A model generated the notes under the pieces. It was not told the origin of the DNA and did not search any database. It saw nothing but the letters and a program-made list of their open reading frames with translations. Both the position numbers and the translations under genes were made by a program. DNA of 63,762 nt, counting the filler, from Reclinomonas americana ATCC 50394 (taxonomy: Eukaryota): the NCBI GenBank assembly GCA_048213135.1. It is 13 parts of 13 records of this genome, joined end to end, with 100 filler letters (N's around TTAATTAATTAA, not from the genome) between each part and the next. Parts side by side here need not be neighbours in the genome. Positions count along the whole stretch, not along the records: positions 58,588 to 62,602 come from AFZH01018500.1; positions 62,703 to 63,762 come from AFZH01018506.1; 11 more parts are not named here. One strand, 5' to 3'. This document shows, one piece after another, positions 60,735 to 63,762 of this stretch. Positions within the stretch are counted from its first letter, which is position 1, and every line of letters begins with the position of its first letter.

Positions 60735-62018
60735 TCACAGCATCCTCGAAAACACAAACAAATCGCCCTTCGCCAACGCACCGCTCGGCAACCCAGCTTC
60801 CTCCTCCCGCTCGCACACACAACTTGCCCAGTCGGTACACGCTGGTGCGAGCTCCACCACGCTTTGCACGAGCGAGAGTGCGACCAGCACACGCCGCTCC
60901 TTCTTCTTGTGGTACAACACACCGGCGCAAGTGGGGTCGACCAGCAGCTTATTGCCCTTGGCGGGCGGCTGGTGCAACGCCAGCGGTTCGAGGAGATCGA
61001 CCAGGGCGTAAATACGCCGACCTTCGTCGGGGCACAGCGATGACCGCCGATCACGTACGCTGTCGTGCGACAGCTGCTGCCTCACGAGCACCTCCACAAA
61101 GACCACCACCGCCCCCACAGGTGCGCCACCCATGTCGGCGTAGGCATCGTCATCCAGGTCATCGACAGGGGGACCGTCTTCGCTTGTGAATGCCAGGTAC
61201 TGCCCCGGATTCACCTGCCAGACATGTCAATATGAATCACTTTCTCACTCTCCTATCTCTCACACACCTCATTGTAGCACACGATGCAGCTAGAAAAGAA
61301 CCGCAGACCCACAATCGGTGCGCCAACACTGAGTCGCCGCTCAAACTCATCGACCGATTCATCATGGCCCACGAGCTCCCGCAAATGCGCCCAACCACTC
61401 TCCAGCGTGCTGAACAACACGTTCCGGCCCCTCGGAGCCGGCACAGCGACACTCTGCTGATAGACTTCGTGCCGGTTGTCAGGGCTCTGCGCTCAAAAAG
61501 CATGCGATCGTCAACTATGTGCCGCGCGCGCGCACATGAAAGTGAAGAGCACGAGGCAATAAACCGGAGGCAGTGGGGTCAGATTGCACGGAAGAGTGAC
61601 TTGATCAGAGAGCGCAAACTGGTAGACAAGGCGACGAACGGTGTAGTACTTGATAGCCTGCATCGCCTGACAAATGTTGCAGCAGGACAAAATTGGTGCA
61701 TGGACACGTGCGACAAGTGCACGGCACGCATCAACGCACTGTCTGTCTGCCATTCGAGTTGCAATGCACCAGTTTTTCGAGGAGCTTGACAGTGGGCTCG
61801 AACGGGTGGCACAAGTAGTTTCTGTGCGACGTGCACGAAAAATACATGAAAAACATAAAGCGCACGTGAGGTGTGCGTCACCAAACGTACCTGAGGGAGC
61901 CAAAGCGCTTGATGAAGTACACATAATGCTCGGCCATGTGTGACAATGACGAGAACTTCGACAGCCTGCCGGGCGCTCGGCTCCGAAACTGAGCGGCAGT
62001 ACAGGCGAGGAAGCGTAT
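60735..62018 (-). mobile_element. C-terminal part of an intron-containing CACTA/EnSpm- or Plavaka-like transposase, or a domesticated derivative
   Basis: Spliced exons give …SKFSSLSHMAEHYVYFIKRFGSLR-NYLCHPFEPTVKLLEKL…, matching the remembered H-x3-HY-x3-I-x-RFG-x-L-x-NY-x4-FE pattern around the catalytic Glu. A beta-rich tail follows (VNPGQYLAF…VVFVEVLV…YALVDLLEP). No TIR or TSD was identified. Confidence 0.5.
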
Positions 62019-62556
62019 CTGGATTTTGCAGATGAGGAAGTGAGAGGCAGCAGATCTATCTCTCTCTCTCTCTCCCTCTAGGAGACTCTGCAGCGAATGA
62101 CGTCAAGTGAGATTCACTTAGTTCCCCTTTTGTGTACCTCCCCTCACACATGCTGGTTTCTTATTTCTCCAAGTCTCTCTCAGTATCCTTCATTCTGTCC
62201 CCGTTGCTTTCTGTTTCACTCTCTAATCCTCCTTCCCTCTTTTTCTCATCTGCTTGACATGAATTCCTCTCCGACCCTGCTGATTTTTGTCCCCGTGTTT
62301 GTACCTCCTCCCTCTTGACTGCACTCACACCTCCTTTTGCTAAGGCTGAGTTTCGCGCAGTCTACCAGTCTTTTCCACCATTTTCACTCTCTTTCTGTTA
62401 CTTTCTCGCACACATTCACTCTCGTTTGCTCGTGTCCCCTACTTTGTACCTCCTCGCCCTCGCACTAGACTCCAATCTTCCCTCTGTGCAGGTGATAGAG
62501 TTCGCGCCGTCTCCCAGTCTGTTCCACCTTTTTATCTTACTTTACTCAGTCCCTCT

Positions 62557-62602
<46 letters not shown>

Positions 62603-62782
62603 NNNNNNNNNNNNNNNNNNNNNNNNNNNNNNNNNNNNNNNNNNNNTTAATTAATTAANNNNNNNNNNNNNNNNNNNNNNNNNNNNNNNNNNNNNNNNNN
62701 NNGAGAGAGAGAGAGAGAGAGAGAGAGTGGGAGAGAGAGGGAGTGAGACAGAGAAAGAGGGAGAGGCAGAGGAAGAGACGAG

Positions 62783-63330
62783 AGCGCTAATACCACGTAA
62801 GAAGAAGCCGATCGACAAACGCACCTTTGTCGGCGACGACGGAATGTTGGGCGATCCTGGCACCAGCAGATTCACTGCGCACGCTGAGAGTGAGCTTCTC
62901 GTCGCACCAATCACCGCACCAGTATCAACGCACCCGATCCACCAGCAGCCGACACGGGGAGCGCAGTGGGAGGCGCCACCACGGGCGGCGACGCCTTGCG
63001 AATGTCCCACGCCACGCCCTTGTCGGCCTGCGGGTTGAACTGGGCCTGGATCTCGATTTGCTTGATGAGCTGTGCAAGTATCGTCAACGATTAGACCTCA
63101 TGCTAGAATCACAAGAGGGGATGGTGCTGCTCAACATTGGAAAAGTCAGTGTGGCACTGATCGAGCGTGTGCATCACTTCGCGGCAGCCGTCAATGTTGG
63201 CGTCGAGCTCGCACGAGGCGTAAATGTCGTCGACGGCGCGGTGCAGGTTGTGCACGAGCACGGTCCATAGGCGCCACTGGGCGCGTTGTTGAGGGGTGGG
63301 GGACATTTCGGAGGCGGCGGCGGCGCTGTC
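62783..63330 (-). CDS. SCAPER: SCAPER N-terminal domain protein, partial
   Basis: RAQWRLWTVLVHNLHRAVDDIYASCELDANIDGCREVMHTLDQCHTDFSN-LIKQIEIQ…GVAWDIRK matches the SCAPER_N pattern (W..L..NL.RAVDEIY..CE.D…CKEV…DF..LI…LAWEVRK). Confidence 0.8.
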
Positions 63331-63607
63331 GAGATGAGAGGGGAAGGTAAGGGGAGAAGGGATCAAGAAAGGGGAAGAGAAATAGAAGGATAGAAAGAGG
63401 GAGCGAAAGAGTACAGCATAAGAGAGAAGCGAAGATATGATAGCGACAGAGAGCAGGTAACGTGAGGTGAGTTCCACGTGAAGAAAACTGAATGTGAATC
63501 GAGGATATGCGAAGTGCAGAGAGTGCAAGACTAAGAACGGTGAGAACCAAAGCGAAGAGGACAGGCATGCTGGGGAGAGAAAGCAAGAGGCGACTGGAGA
63601 AGGAGAA

Positions 63608-63652
<45 letters not shown>

Positions 63653-63762
63653 GTGTCGTCTTGACAACTGAGCGATCGAGTGAGAAGAGTGTAGTAGGAA
63701 GCGAGCGAGGAGAAGAGAGAAGGCGACAAAATGTGTGTGTGTGTGTGTGAGTGAGAGAGAGG

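Overview
Eukaryotic, most likely protist, genomic scaffold: intron-dense genes with GT-AG introns full of (CT)n/(GA)n/(CA)n/(GAGT)n microsatellites, very short intergenic gaps, and twelve 100-nt assembly spacers (N44-TTAATTAATTAA-N44). Recognisable genes in order: an unknown protein (+); FGGY carbohydrate kinase (-); ankyrin/coiled-coil/Pelle-IRAK-like kinase (+); protist-type GH25 lysozyme (-); PH-domain + TPR protein (-); SLAC1/TehA anion channel (+); TCERG1-like WW/FF protein (-); a large secreted protein with three 7-bladed BNR/Asp-box propellers and EGF arrays (-); MLH1 (-); PhyH-family dioxygenase (+); a tandem NLR-like locus (-); an unknown coiled-coil gene (-); a probable CACTA/Plavaka-like transposase fragment (-); and a SCAPER-like N-terminus (-). 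The strongest candidate for an undescribed system is the 47.6-56.6 kb locus. A ubiquitin-like / HEPN (intact R-X4-H) / NACHT / pentapeptide / WD40 protein is followed at once by a second module with a homologous but apparently inactivated HEPN domain, an AfsR-like NB-ARC ATPase and TPRs. The two may form one polypeptide. A second notable signal is recurrent use of the atypical 5' splice donor GTTGCG in at least six genes. All gene models and domain calls were made by eye; no searches were run.
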